Shown here: piece by piece, positions 29,180-41,436 of the stretch
How positions within the stretch are numbered: position 1 is the stretch's first letter
Layout: each line of letters opens with the position of its first letter
Assembly: GCA_001769805.1 (NCBI GenBank)
Contig: MEPO01000021.1
Location: forward strand, 64,836 to 128,835
Length of the DNA stretch: 64,000 bases
Direction: 5' to 3'
Source: Bdellovibrionales bacterium GWA1_52_35
GTDB lineage: Bacteria; Bdellovibrionota; UBA1018
The notes under the pieces: model-generated
Seen by the model: the letters and a program-made list of their open reading frames with translations, nothing else
What the model was told of the DNA's origin: nothing
Databases searched by the model: none
Made by a program: the position numbers and the translations under genes

Positions 29180-29815
29180 ATGGCAAAGCTTAAAATTTAC
29201 ACATTTCCTGATCTGGTCCTCACGAAGAAAGCCGCTCCCATTGTCCACGTGGACAAATCCAAATGGAAGCTGGCTGATGATATGCTTGAGACGATGTATT
29301 ACGCGCCTGGTGTCGGCCTCGCCGCCAATCAAGTCGGGATTCTTGAGAGAATCCTCGTCATCGATACGGAATATGATGTCGAAGAGATCCCCGAGGGCGA
29401 AACCGCTCCCGAGGGCGCGGAAGTGGTCGATGGCGGTATTCTGAAAAACAAGAAACCCCTGGTCGTAATCAACCCGAAAATTATTCACCACGAAGGCAGC
29501 ACACTTTTCAAAGAGGGCTGTCTCTCCGTCCCCGAGTACAATGCTGAAGTTAAACGCTTCGAGAAGGTCCAGGTCGAGTTCCTGGATCTTGACGGTCGGT
29601 CCCGAACGATTTCCGCTGAGGGGTTGCTGGCGGTTGCGCTTCAGCATGAGATGGATCACCTCGACGGCAAACTTTTCATTGATCGTTTGAATCCCCTTAA
29701 AAAAGAAATGATCCGGAAAAAACTGCGCCAGGAACGCGCTGAACGTGAAGCCGAAGAGGCAGAGTTCGGCGAGGCGGCTCTGGTTGAAAGCGAAAAACGA
29801 AAGAAAGGGCTCTAG
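29180..29815 (+). CDS. def: Peptide deformylase
   Basis: GVGLAANQVG, EGCLS, QHEMDHLDG. Confidence 0.95.
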   Translation: MAKLKIYTFPDLVLTKKAAPIVHVDKSKWKLADDMLETMYYAPGVGLAANQVGILERILVIDTEYDVEEIPEGETAPEGAEVVDGGILKNKKPLVVINPKIIHHEGSTLFKEGCLSVPEYNAEVKRFEKVQVEFLDLDGRSRTISAEGLLAVALQHEMDHLDGKLFIDRLNPLKKEMIRKKLRQERAEREAEEAEFGEAALVESEKRKKGL

Positions 29816-29818
29816 CTC

Positions 29819-30775
29819 ATGCTTCGGGTTGTTTTCATGGGAACGCCCGATTTTGCGGTTCCGAGCCTGGAACGACTTCATCCACTGCATCAGATCGTTG
29901 GTGTTTACACGCAACCCGATCGCCCGGTTGGACGAGGGCTCGACCTGCGGGCATCCCCGGTCAAAACAACCGCTGAACGCCTGGGTATTCCGGTTTTCCA
30001 ACCCGAAAGGCTTTCGGCTCCCGGCGAGTTTGAGCGCCTTCAGGAGTTACGCCCCGACCTCATTGTAGTGGTCGCCTTCGGCCAGATCTTGAAGCAGAAC
30101 GTTTTGGATATTCCCCGCCTGGGCTGCGTGAATATTCACTCTTCACTCCTCCCTCGTTGGCGCGGTGCCGCACCGATTCAGCGTGCAATCATTGCCGGAG
30201 ATGCCTTTACGGGTGTCACAACGATGAAGCTCGTCCTGAAGCTCGATGCCGGTGATATTCTCCTCCAGGAGAAAACCCCGATATCCCCCGACGACACGGC
30301 AGGCACGCTTCATGACCGCTTGGCCCGGCTCGGCTCTGACCTCATTGTCAAAACTTTGGAGAGGCTGGATATAGGCACTCTTCTGGGCGAAAAACAGGAC
30401 GAGACAAAGGTCACTTATGCTGAGAAATTGGCCAAAAGCGAAGAATGGATTGATCCCTCCTTGACGGCCGAGGTTTTGGACCGGCGCATCAGAGCGCTCA
30501 ATCCCTGGCCTGGTACCAGTATCCGAGTGGAAGACCCGGCAAAGCCGGGTACCTTTCAGCGCTTGAAGATAAAACAGACCCGGCTCTGGCCGAGTCTTGT
30601 GGGTCCCACAAGCAGTTTGTTTGAACGGAACGGAATGATCCTTCTGGGGACCCCGTCGGGATGCCTGGAGCTGCTTCGGGTTCAGTGGGAAGGTAAAAAG
30701 GAAGTCGATGCCGCCGGTTTTCTGAACGGCTTGCACGGACGTGGCCATAAGCTCCCACTTAAGGTATCAGTATAA
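29819..30775 (+). CDS. fmt: Methionyl-tRNA formyltransferase
   Basis: FMGTPDFA, TQPDRP.GRG, NIHSSLLPRWRGAAP, LDAGD. Confidence 0.95.
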   Translation: MLRVVFMGTPDFAVPSLERLHPLHQIVGVYTQPDRPVGRGLDLRASPVKTTAERLGIPVFQPERLSAPGEFERLQELRPDLIVVVAFGQILKQNVLDIPRLGCVNIHSSLLPRWRGAAPIQRAIIAGDAFTGVTTMKLVLKLDAGDILLQEKTPISPDDTAGTLHDRLARLGSDLIVKTLERLDIGTLLGEKQDETKVTYAEKLAKSEEWIDPSLTAEVLDRRIRALNPWPGTSIRVEDPAKPGTFQRLKIKQTRLWPSLVGPTSSLFERNGMILLGTPSGCLELLRVQWEGKKEVDAAGFLNGLHGRGHKLPLKVSV

Positions 30776-30790
30776 GTCAGGAGATCCCTG

Positions 30791-31465
30791 ATGAGTTCAC
30801 CTTTGATCGCCCCCTCTCTCTTATCTGCCGACTTCGCCCATCTGGCTGATGAAGTTCGCGAGGTTGAAAAAGCGGGTGCCGACTGGCTGCACTTGGACAT
30901 CATGGACGGCCACTTCGTCCCAAATATAACGATCGGTCCTATACTCGTTCAGGCACTCCGTCCCCTGACCCGCCTCCCCCTCGACTGCCATCTGATGGTT
31001 TCTGAACCTGGAAAGTGGATCGAGCCGTTTGCAAAAGCGGGCGCAGATTTCATCACCGTTCATGCCGAAGCGGCCCGGAATCTTCCAGCATTATTCACCA
31101 GGATTCGCAAACTCGGCTGCAAGGTAGGCGTTTCAATCAATCCGGGAACCCCCCCGGCCACAATTTGGCGAATTCTGCCGAAGGTGGATCTGGTGCTGGT
31201 CATGAGCGTCCACCCGGGTTTCGGTGGGCAGAAGTTCATCGAAAGCTCCCTGAAGAAAATCCAGCAATTGGCCGCGCTGCGGGCCTCCGCAAAACTAAAT
31301 TTCCTGATCGAAGTCGATGGCGGCGTCAATGCTTCTAATATCGGTTCGTTAAAGAGGGCTGGCGTTGATGTTTTTGTTGCCGGAAACGCAGTTTTTGGAG
31401 AGAAAAACAGAGCGAAAGCGATGAAACAACTCCGCAAGGAACTCACCCAGAGGAAAGCCAGATGA
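30791..31465 (+). CDS. rpe: Ribulose-phosphate 3-epimerase
   Basis: PSLLSADF, HLDIMDGHFVPN, DCHLM, MSVHPGFGGQ, VDGG. Confidence 0.95.
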   Translation: MSSPLIAPSLLSADFAHLADEVREVEKAGADWLHLDIMDGHFVPNITIGPILVQALRPLTRLPLDCHLMVSEPGKWIEPFAKAGADFITVHAEAARNLPALFTRIRKLGCKVGVSINPGTPPATIWRILPKVDLVLVMSVHPGFGGQKFIESSLKKIQQLAALRASAKLNFLIEVDGGVNASNIGSLKRAGVDVFVAGNAVFGEKNRAKAMKQLRKELTQRKAR

Positions 31466-33003
31466 AATCCAACGTGCTCTTGTTAGGCGCCCGTCCGTTG
31501 ACCCTAGAAGATATTCGCGAAGTTGCCATCAACAAGCGCAAAGTGGGCCTGTCCCCGAAGGCGATTCAGAGGATTCAGAAGGCACATAAGTTCCTCATCT
31601 CTGAAATCAAAAAAGGAAAAAACCTGTACGGCGTGAATACCGGCTTCGGTCTTCTTTCTGACGTCAGAATTCCCGAGGGAGAAATCGAATCGCTTCAATA
31701 TAATTTGCTGCGCTCTCATGCGTGCGGCATGGGGGCTCATCTTCCTGATGAAATTTCGCGCGCCATGGTTCTGCTTCGGGCAAGCGCGCTTTCGATCGGA
31801 CATTCGGGTGTCAGCCTCGGGCTGGTCAATCAGATCCTGGCAATCCTGAACAAGGACGTTTGCCCCTTGATTCCAGAGCAAGGCTCCGTCGGCGCTAGCG
31901 GAGATCTTGCGCCGCTTTCCCACCTCGCTCTTGTTCTGATCGGAGAAGGTTACGCCCGTTATCGTGGACGTGAAATGACCGGTGCCAAAGCGCTGAAAGC
32001 GGCGGGAATCAAGCCCATCCGGCTCGGGCCCAAAGAAGGATTGGCCCTGATCAACGGCACGCAATTCATGACGGCGATCGGGAGCCTGGCCGTTCTCAAT
32101 GCCGAACACCTCGCCGATGTCGCGGACTTCTTTGGAGCTATGACTGTTGAAGCACTCAAAGGAACTGAAACCGCATTCGAACCCGAAATCCACGCCGTCC
32201 GCCCGCATCCGGGACAGATCCTGGTAGCCGAGCACGTGCGGCGGGTCCTGGTTCCAAACGGCAAGAAGAGTGAAATCGCCCTGAGTCACGAAAACTGTGG
32301 AAAGGTCCAGGATCCTTACAGTCTGCGTTGCATTCCCCAGGTTCATGGCGCAACTCGTGATGCCATTCGCTTTGTGCGCGAGACGCTGGAACGCGAAATC
32401 AATTCGGTAACCGATAACCCGCTCGTCTTCCCGGATTCGGGTCGCATCATGAGCGGCGGCAATTTCCACGGACAGTATGTTGCAATCGGAATGGACCTTC
32501 TTTCAATTGCTGTCGCCGAACTGGGCAGCATTTCGGAACAGCGTCTGGAGAAAATGATCAACCCCGCTATTTCAGGATTACCAGCCTTCCTGACCCGGGA
32601 GGGTGGCCTTAACAGCGGCTTTATGATCGTCCAGGTTGCCGCAGCGAGTATCGTTTCCGAAAACAAAACGCTTTGCCATCCAGCCAGTGTCGACACGATT
32701 CCAACCTCGGCGGACAAGGAAGATCACGTTAGTATGGGGGCCTGGGCTGCACGCAAAGCCGCGCTCGTTATCCAGAATACCCGCCGTGTTCTGGCGATGG
32801 AAATGCTGGCCTCCGCGCAGGGAATTGACCTGCTGAGGCCTTTAAAGAGTTCCGCACCGATTGAAAAAATTCACCAGATTATCCGGAAAAAAGTTCGCCG
32901 GCTGGATGCCGATCGGACCTTCCACGAAGACATGAAAACCCTCGAGCAACTCATTGAATCCCGGGTACTCGAGCCCATTTTAAAAGAGACCTTCAAAAGC
33001 TAA
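31462..33003 (+). CDS. hutH: Histidine ammonia-lyase
   Basis: [24 protein letters not shown] (MIO), [17 protein letters not shown]. Confidence 0.95.
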   Translation: MKSNVLLLGARPLTLEDIREVAINKRKVGLSPKAIQRIQKAHKFLISEIKKGKNLYGVNTGFGLLSDVRIPEGEIESLQYNLLRSHACGMGAHLPDEISRAMVLLRASALSIGHSGVSLGLVNQILAILNKDVCPLIPEQGSVGASGDLAPLSHLALVLIGEGYARYRGREMTGAKALKAAGIKPIRLGPKEGLALINGTQFMTAIGSLAVLNAEHLADVADFFGAMTVEALKGTETAFEPEIHAVRPHPGQILVAEHVRRVLVPNGKKSEIALSHENCGKVQDPYSLRCIPQVHGATRDAIRFVRETLEREINSVTDNPLVFPDSGRIMSGGNFHGQYVAIGMDLLSIAVAELGSISEQRLEKMINPAISGLPAFLTREGGLNSGFMIVQVAAASIVSENKTLCHPASVDTIPTSADKEDHVSMGAWAARKAALVIQNTRRVLAMEMLASAQGIDLLRPLKSSAPIEKIHQIIRKKVRRLDADRTFHEDMKTLEQLIESRVLEPILKETFKS

Positions 33004-33017
33004 AACAGGAGAAGCCC

Positions 33018-34700
33018 ATGCCCCTGAATCATGATCCACTCAGGCCCCCGTTCAAAGCACCGACCGGAACCCAACTGAATTGCCGCGGATGGCAGCAGGA
33101 AGCCGCGCTTCGAATGCTCATGAACAACCTCGATCCGGATGTCGCCGAACGCCCAGGAGATCTCGTTGTCTATGGCGGGAGCGGGAAGGCAGCCCGGAAC
33201 TGGGAGTGCTTCGACTCCATTGTCGCGGAACTGAAGGACCTCAAAGACGACCAGACGCTCCTCATTCAAAGCGGCAAACCGGTCGCAGTCATTCCCACTC
33301 ACCCACTGGCCCCGCGTGTTCTGATTTCCAACAGCATGCTGGTACCGAAATGGGCTACCTGGGACTATTTCCGCGAACTCGAAGACAAAGGCCTCATGAT
33401 GTACGGCCAGATGACGGCGGGCTCCTGGATCTACATCGGAACCCAAGGCATTGTTCAGGGCACTTACGAAACCTTCGCCGAAGCAGGTCGACAGCATTAT
33501 GGAGCCGATCTGGGCGGCAAAGTAGTCCTCACTGCCGGACTCGGCGGAATGGGCGGCGCGCAGCCCCTTGCCGCTTCGATGGCCGGGGCCGTTTCGCTGA
33601 ATATCGAAATCGATCCGACGAGAGTCCAGAGAAGACTCGAGACCCGCTACCTGGATGAAGTTGCCACCTCTCTGGATGACGCTCTCGTGCGGGTCCAAAG
33701 GGCAAAGAATGCCAGAAAAGGCGTCAGTATCGGCCTTGTCGGAAATGCGGCGGAAGTGCACTGGGAATTATTGAAACGCGGCTTCGCACCCGATCTTGTC
33801 ACCGACCAGACGAGCGCTCATGATGAGTTGAACGGCTACATCCCCGCGGGCCTGACGCTGGAAGAGGCCGCAGAACTTCGCAAGATCAACCCCCAAAATT
33901 ATATCGCCCGCTCGATCGCAAGCATGGGCCGTCACGTGGAAGCCATGCTTGAATTCCAGAAACGCGGTTCTCACGTATTTGACTATGGCAATAATATCCG
34001 CGCTCAGGCCGTAAAAGCGGGAGTGGTGAATGCCTTCGCGTTCCCCGGCTTTGTTCCTGCTTACATTCGTCCGCAATTCTGCGAAGGTCGAGGACCCTTC
34101 CGCTGGGCTGCGCTCTCGGGCGATCCTGCCGATATCAAAGTCACGGACCAGGCATTGCTACAGCTCTTCCCCGAAGACAAGGGTCTTGCCCGCTGGCTGG
34201 CAATGGCCGAAGAGAGAATCCAGTTTCAAGGACTCCCCGCCCGCATTTGCTGGTTGGGATACGGACAAAGGGAGAAGGCCGGTCTTCTTTTCAACGAACT
34301 CGTCCGCACGGGTCGCGTCAAGGCGCCGATTGTCATTGGGCGCGATCACCTCGACTGTGGTTCCGTAGCCTCCCCCAATCGCGAAACTGAAGGCATGAAA
34401 GACGGCTCTGATGCCGTGGCAGACTGGCCGATTCTGAACGCGCTGATCAATTCCGTGAACGGCGCCTCCTGGGTCAGCGTTCATCATGGCGGCGGAGTGG
34501 GAATCGGTTATTCGATCCACGCCGGAATGGTCGTTGTCGCAGACGGGACCGAAGATGCGGACTGGCGTATCACCCGGGTTTTGAACTCCGATCCTGGAAT
34601 GGGAATCATTCGGCACGCGGATGCAGGCTACGAACGCTCCCGCGAAATCGGCCGCGGTCAGTTCGCTGCACGTGGCGGTAAAATTCCCATGCTGAAATAG
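33018..34700 (+). CDS. hutU: Urocanate hydratase
   Basis: [41 protein letters not shown]. Confidence 0.97.
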   Translation: MPLNHDPLRPPFKAPTGTQLNCRGWQQEAALRMLMNNLDPDVAERPGDLVVYGGSGKAARNWECFDSIVAELKDLKDDQTLLIQSGKPVAVIPTHPLAPRVLISNSMLVPKWATWDYFRELEDKGLMMYGQMTAGSWIYIGTQGIVQGTYETFAEAGRQHYGADLGGKVVLTAGLGGMGGAQPLAASMAGAVSLNIEIDPTRVQRRLETRYLDEVATSLDDALVRVQRAKNARKGVSIGLVGNAAEVHWELLKRGFAPDLVTDQTSAHDELNGYIPAGLTLEEAAELRKINPQNYIARSIASMGRHVEAMLEFQKRGSHVFDYGNNIRAQAVKAGVVNAFAFPGFVPAYIRPQFCEGRGPFRWAALSGDPADIKVTDQALLQLFPEDKGLARWLAMAEERIQFQGLPARICWLGYGQREKAGLLFNELVRTGRVKAPIVIGRDHLDCGSVASPNRETEGMKDGSDAVADWPILNALINSVNGASWVSVHHGGGVGIGYSIHAGMVVVADGTEDADWRITRVLNSDPGMGIIRHADAGYERSREIGRGQFAARGGKIPMLK

Positions 34701-34702
34701 TC

Positions 34703-35941
34703 ATGAAAACTTATCGCGCGATCACTCATGCGAGCGAAGTTCTCACTGGAGAGGGCATTTCCGCCAAGGACGGGCGCCACCCCGAGGAAGCGGATCTAGG
34801 GAGAATCCGCGACGGAGCCCTTGTTTATTCACTAAAACGCGTGGGATCCAGAAGCATTCCTGCCAAGGTTGAGTGGGTCGGGCCGAGCGCAGACCTACCC
34901 AAACGTTTCCACAAAATTCCGAAACAGAGCCTGAAAGGACAATACGCGATTATTCCCGGAATGGTCGACTGCCACACGCATTTGATTTTTGCCGGTGACC
35001 GCTCGACCGAATTCGCCGCACGCTGCGGCGGAGCAACTTACCAGGAAATCGCAGCTCAGGGCGGCGGCATTGCTTCAACCGTTCGGGCCACCCGCGAGGC
35101 CTCGGCAGCGGAGCTGGAGAAGCTTGCGATATTGAGACTCAAGGAAATTCAAAGTTACGGGGTGAAAACCGTCGAAATCAAAAGCGGTTATGGTCTTTCG
35201 ACGGAAGCCGAATTGAAGGTTCTCAGAATCATTCCAAGGCTTCGGAAGCGCTTTCCGGAACTTACGCTGACGGCGACTTTTCTGGGCGCTCACGCATTCC
35301 CCACCGGTTGCTCGCGAGAGGTTTACGTGCGGGAACTTGTTGAAGTGATGTTGCCGCAGGTTGTGAAACAGAAACTTGCTGACAGCTGCGATATTTTCAT
35401 CGACGAAGGTTACTTCACCGTTCAAGAGGGCCGGGCTCTGCTCGAAAAAGCAAAGGCTCTTGGCCTGAAGGTCAAAGTCCATGCCGATGAGCTGGTGAAC
35501 ACCGAAAGCGCGGCCTTCGCGGCAGAAGTCGGCGCGCTCTCTGCTGATCACCTTCTGAAAATATCGGATGCCGGAATTCAGGCGCTGGCCCGCTCCAACA
35601 CTGTTGCCGTTCTGCTGCCGGGCACTGCTTTTTATCTGAAAGCACGGCATGCTCCTGCGCGCAAGCTGGTCGATGCCGGGGCGCGAGTCGCCATTTCCAC
35701 CGACTTTAATCCTGGAACCTGCATGTGTCTGTCTTTGCCCGCGGTCATGACAGCGGCAGCCCTGTATCTAGGCCTGACCCGAGCAGAATTGTTTGCTGCC
35801 GTGACTTACAACGCCGCCAGGGCACTCGGTCTTCAAAAACGGAAGGGCTCCCTTGAAAAGGGGAAAGATGCTGATTTTTCCATTCTTCCCTTTGAGCGCT
35901 TTGAGGAACTCTATTACCGGTTCGCCTGGGCGCCACGATAG
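34703..35941 (+). CDS. hutI: Imidazolonepropionase
   Basis: DCHTH, GGGI..TV, EIKSGYGL, GAH, HADEL, SADHL, STDFNPG. Confidence 0.95.
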   Translation: MKTYRAITHASEVLTGEGISAKDGRHPEEADLGRIRDGALVYSLKRVGSRSIPAKVEWVGPSADLPKRFHKIPKQSLKGQYAIIPGMVDCHTHLIFAGDRSTEFAARCGGATYQEIAAQGGGIASTVRATREASAAELEKLAILRLKEIQSYGVKTVEIKSGYGLSTEAELKVLRIIPRLRKRFPELTLTATFLGAHAFPTGCSREVYVRELVEVMLPQVVKQKLADSCDIFIDEGYFTVQEGRALLEKAKALGLKVKVHADELVNTESAAFAAEVGALSADHLLKISDAGIQALARSNTVAVLLPGTAFYLKARHAPARKLVDAGARVAISTDFNPGTCMCLSLPAVMTAAALYLGLTRAELFAAVTYNAARALGLQKRKGSLEKGKDADFSILPFERFEELYYRFAWAPR

Positions 35942-36600
35942 GAAATATACCGGTGGAAAATCTGATAAAAGATGACCGCCATCCCGAAGCCCGTTACGAC
36001 GTCGATCAAATAGTGCTGTTTGGTCGTCAGGGTCGAAAGGGCAATCAATGTGGCCCAGGCAAAAAAGATTGGAAATTTCTTTTTCTGATCATCCAGATAG
36101 ACGAAGGCGGATAAATAAACGCTGCTGACATGCAAACTCGGGCAGCAATTGATGGGAGTATCCGTACTCCTGAGATAATTAAAAACGTAATAGGTCCAGG
36201 AATCGAGGGTGGCCGGGTCCAGCGGAAACAATTCGCGCGGATAGGTCGTGGGCCATAGAACAAAAATCAGCACACTGGTGGTTTGAAGCGCCAGGAACGA
36301 ATAGATGTATTTATTCGCATTGACCATGTCCTTGCAGACAACAAATATCGTCGCGAAAAAGAAATATTCGCTCAAATAAATCCAGACCGTCTCAGGAACA
36401 AAAGGCGTGACCCGGTCAATCCAACCCATCGGGAGCTGTTGCGGGGTAAAGACTGGGAAGTGATTGGACATCAGATAGAGAAAAGACGAAGTCGCAAACA
36501 TCAGACCGGCATAGAGATATTTATTCTGCCGGTTCAAAAACAGGGGCAGTGCCCATTTCCTCAAGTAAAGTTGTGCGTCCAGCATTCGTGCGCGAATCAT
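35914..36600 (-). CDS. PAP2-superfamily membrane phosphatase/phosphotransferase (PAP2_3/IPC-synthase-like)
   Basis: PTTYPR, D.P.NCCPSLHV, QHYLIDV; several TM helices; ATGA overlap with the tlpA-like stop. Confidence 0.8.
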   Translation of the reverse strand: MIRARMLDAQLYLRKWALPLFLNRQNKYLYAGLMFATSSFLYLMSNHFPVFTPQQLPMGWIDRVTPFVPETVWIYLSEYFFFATIFVVCKDMVNANKYIYSFLALQTTSVLIFVLWPTTYPRELFPLDPATLDSWTYYVFNYLRSTDTPINCCPSLHVSSVYLSAFVYLDDQKKKFPIFFAWATLIALSTLTTKQHYLIDVVTGFGMAVIFYQIFHRYISYRGAQANR

Positions 36601-37190
36601 TTGGACCCACTTAACCAATGTTCAAGGCGATTCCGCATTTCTTCAGTGTTCCAGTCTCGTTCCCCACCCTGGACCATCAGAATCTTTCGACTCTCTACGG
36701 CTACAAGCAAAGTGAGGGGGATTCCGTGGACATCAAAAGTCTGGCTGAGGCTCCCGTCTGAATCGAGATACACCGGAAAATCAATTTTCAGCCGTTTAAG
36801 GAAGCCGGGCAAAACAGCTTCCGGTTCTTCATCAACATTAATGGCTAAAACCTCAAAGCCTCTGGTCGCATAGTTTCTTCTCAATTCAATAATCGAGGGG
36901 AGCTCCGAAACGCAGCCATCACACCAGGTTGCCCAGAAGTTCACCATGACGACCTTGGCTGGAATCGCCGAAAGTTGGGTTTCGCCGCCGCCAAACCGTT
37001 TCAAAAGGACGTCCGGCACCATGGCGCCTTCCTGCAGCTCCACAGAGTCATGTCCGTTTGACGCGCCATTTGGACCATGCCCCGCTTTTCCCACAAAATG
37101 CTTCACGACGGAAAGACCGATCACCGCGCCCGCTACAATCAGCAGGGCAGGAATGAGGACTTTCCATAGGTTATGCCGGGGAGTTGTCAT
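36597..37190 (-). CDS. TlpA-family thiol:disulfide oxidoreductase
   Basis: N-terminal membrane anchor; NFWATWCDGC; GIP. Confidence 0.88.
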   Translation of the reverse strand: MTTPRHNLWKVLIPALLIVAGAVIGLSVVKHFVGKAGHGPNGASNGHDSVELQEGAMVPDVLLKRFGGGETQLSAIPAKVVMVNFWATWCDGCVSELPSIIELRRNYATRGFEVLAINVDEEPEAVLPGFLKRLKIDFPVYLDSDGSLSQTFDVHGIPLTLLVAVESRKILMVQGGERDWNTEEMRNRLEHWLSGSK

Positions 37191-37220
37191 TGCTCCCCAT
37201 CATACATTACAATATTGGGT

Positions 37221-37430
37221 ATGAGTCAAATCTTACGTCGATTATCCAGGGAGCAAAATGGGCAGGCCGTTGTTGAATACGTCCTGATGATCTCCTTCGC
37301 TTTAATGGTCGTAACGGCGCTCGGAATCGGATTTCGAAAGATACTTTTCAGGGTTTGGGAGGATATCACACAGAAAACGGTAGGTGGCAGCCCCTTGCAG
37401 CCGAGTCAGCCCAAATATAATATTCGTTAA
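37221..37430 (+). CDS. Flp/Tad-type (type IVb/c) prepilin
   Basis: 69 aa; REQNG|QAVVEY cleavage motif followed by a hydrophobic helix. Confidence 0.75.
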   Translation: MSQILRRLSREQNGQAVVEYVLMISFALMVVTALGIGFRKILFRVWEDITQKTVGGSPLQPSQPKYNIR

Positions 37431-37443
37431 ATCACGCGGCGGG

Positions 37444-38103
37444 TCAGGCCTTCTTCCCGCTTGCCAGGTAGACCAGATAGAGTTCGTCACCGAGTTTTTT
37501 AAAGCTGCTCAGCTTGAAATTTCTGACCTCTCCGGGCGAAAACCCTTTGCCGTCCACCAGAGTGGGCGCACTGCTCCCCCCTAAAATCCTAGGAGTGATC
37601 GTCAGGTTGATTTCCTCGATCAGGTCCTGGCTGATGAAATCCCACATCACGCTCCCTCCCCCTTCGACCAGAAGATTCCTAATCCCCCTTCGACCCAGCT
37701 CGGCGACAATTTGCGTCGCTATAGGCCGGCCCTTTTTCAGAAGAACAATCTCGGAAGATTTTTCAAATTTATTCCGGCGTGCTTCCGGCAGGGGCTTCGT
37801 TATGAAGAGCAGCCGGGTTGTGCGCTGTTCTTTGAAAAATGGCCAGCTGGGACTGATCCCTTCAAGACCGGAACTGATAATCACATTCAAAATCTGCCGG
37901 GGTCCCGGCTTTCCGTTTTTACGGATCAACAAAGGTCGACGAAAACTTCTCAGGCTGGATGCCCCCATCAGAACTGCATCCGCGCGCCGCCGGAGACGCC
38001 GCATCTGCTCACGATCGGCCGGAGTGCCCAGAGGGAAGTGCGCCCGGCTCGCGGTCGCAATTTTTCCATCAATACTGGTCGCCAGATTTGAAAAGATGTA
38101 CAC
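37444..38103 (-). CDS. RibD C-terminal-type reductase
   Basis: ATSIDGKI, ADAVLMGA, LLVEGGG, ITPRILGG. Confidence 0.85.
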   Translation of the reverse strand: MYIFSNLATSIDGKIATASRAHFPLGTPADREQMRRLRRRADAVLMGASSLRSFRRPLLIRKNGKPGPRQILNVIISSGLEGISPSWPFFKEQRTTRLLFITKPLPEARRNKFEKSSEIVLLKKGRPIATQIVAELGRRGIRNLLVEGGGSVMWDFISQDLIEEINLTITPRILGGSSAPTLVDGKGFSPGEVRNFKLSSFKKLGDELYLVYLASGKKA

Positions 38104-38106
38104 GAC

Positions 38107-38727
38107 TCAGCACCCCTCGGACTTCTTCGGTGTCAGGGGATTGTATTGAAGAGCTATGAAAAATATTTCTTTGCTCTCTTTTCGCGTGCTTTTTGGCCGC
38201 AGTACCTCGACCCGCCCAAACCTTTTGCGCAGATCATCCCGGAAGCTTCCGAAATCATCGCCATGAAAAAATTTCGCAATGAAGCTGCCCCGGGGGCGCA
38301 GATATTTTTCGGCGGTTTCCAAGGCGAGGACACAGAGTTCAAGCGAGCGCGTTTGGTCGGTGATGCGAATTCCTGTCGTATTCGGCGCCATATCCGAAAG
38401 CACCACATCAAAGGGCGGCACGATTCCGTGCGTCGCCATGACTTCCTCAAAATTCACGTCGCGAAAGTCACTGGTGATGAACACCGCATTCGGAAGAGAC
38501 AGCTTCACAGGTTGCAGATCAACGCCTAAAATCCGACCCTGCGGCCCCACTTTCTTGGAAACATATTGGGACCAGGATCCGGGAGCAGCACCGAGGTCGA
38601 GGACCTTGTATCCGGGCCTGATGATTTTATAGCGTTCATCAATTTCCTGGAGCTTGAAAATGGACCGGGCTGCGTAGTTCTCGGTCTTGGCTTTTTGAAA
38701 ATAATAATCTTTTAAATTATAGGCCAC
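38107..38727 (-). CDS. rlmE: 23S rRNA U2552 2'-O-methyltransferase
   Basis: RS.FKL, DLGAAPGSW, SDMAP, K, KSTRKESKE. GTG 38727 has RBS CAGGAG. Confidence 0.92.
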   Translation of the reverse strand: MAYNLKDYYFQKAKTENYAARSIFKLQEIDERYKIIRPGYKVLDLGAAPGSWSQYVSKKVGPQGRILGVDLQPVKLSLPNAVFITSDFRDVNFEEVMATHGIVPPFDVVLSDMAPNTTGIRITDQTRSLELCVLALETAEKYLRPRGSFIAKFFHGDDFGSFRDDLRKRFGRVEVLRPKSTRKESKEIFFIALQYNPLTPKKSEGC

Positions 38728-38740
38728 TGCTTTGCTCCTG

Positions 38741-40538
<1,798 letters not shown>

Positions 40539-40639
40539 TTATATTGTTGCACACTCGAGCTTACATTTTGGACGGGCATGAAACAAGCCCGTAAAACATC
40601 ACCCTCAACTTTTCCGCGCGCTGTGTTATAGGATGGGTC

Positions 40640-41422
40640 ATGTTGCGTATTTCGGCACTCTTAATTACAGGGCTCTTGCTCCTGTCCGGCTGCTCCGGGA
40701 CTGATGTTTCAAAGCTCAAGAACTCGTACCCGGTTGTTCATTACCGGGGCAAAACGGTTCCGGCCAGAATTACGCTCCAGAAGTCGGCTCCGCCCGATTG
40801 GACGAGTGTTGGCCAGGTCTCCAGGGTCGCCATTGGTGCTATCGTGGTCAGTGAAGACTGGGCGTTTTATCAGCACGGCGGCTTTGATGCCAACCAGATG
40901 AAGCTTGCCTTGGAACAGGACATCGAGGAACGGCGATTTGCCCGGGGAGCGAGCACAATCACGCAGCAGGTGGCCAAGAACATCTTCCTGGAGTCGGACA
41001 AAAACATCGTGAGAAAAATCAAGGAGCTGATCATCGCCGTCCAGCTGGAGAAGATGTTCAAGAAGAACAAGATTCTCGAAATCTATCTGAATATCGCCGA
41101 GTGGGGTGAAGGGATTTACGGAATCAGGGCAGCGGCCCGACACTACTTCGGGAAACCCCCCTCAGAGCTTTCTCCAAAAGAAGGGGCTTTCCTGGCGATG
41201 CTCCTCCCCAGCCCCAAGCGGTACAGTCAATCGTTCAGGGATAAAAGGCTGACCCGCTTCGCCGCCCGCACGGTCGACTCCATTCTGGAGAAGATGGTCC
41301 AGGCGAAATATCTTGCAGAAGAGGACGAGATGACCGAAAAGCTCAAGCCTCTCTCGTTTGAGGTCCTTTCGAACGAACCGCAGCCCCAAACTAACCCGGA
41401 TCCGGAAGAAGATTCGATATAA
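40640..41422 (+). CDS. mtgA: Monofunctional peptidoglycan transglycosylase (GT51), predicted lipoprotein
   Basis: SEDWAFYQHGG, GASTITQQVAKN, RK.KE, LEIYLN; lipobox LSG-C. Confidence 0.85.
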   Translation: MLRISALLITGLLLLSGCSGTDVSKLKNSYPVVHYRGKTVPARITLQKSAPPDWTSVGQVSRVAIGAIVVSEDWAFYQHGGFDANQMKLALEQDIEERRFARGASTITQQVAKNIFLESDKNIVRKIKELIIAVQLEKMFKKNKILEIYLNIAEWGEGIYGIRAAARHYFGKPPSELSPKEGAFLAMLLPSPKRYSQSFRDKRLTRFAARTVDSILEKMVQAKYLAEEDEMTEKLKPLSFEVLSNEPQPQTNPDPEEDSI

Positions 41423-41436
41423 ACAAATTTTGCGCA

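Noticed and set aside
29390-29417. 10-bp direct repeat CCCGAGGGCG in def
   Set aside because: Encodes PEG twice in an acidic loop insert; too short to imply a mobile or regulatory element.
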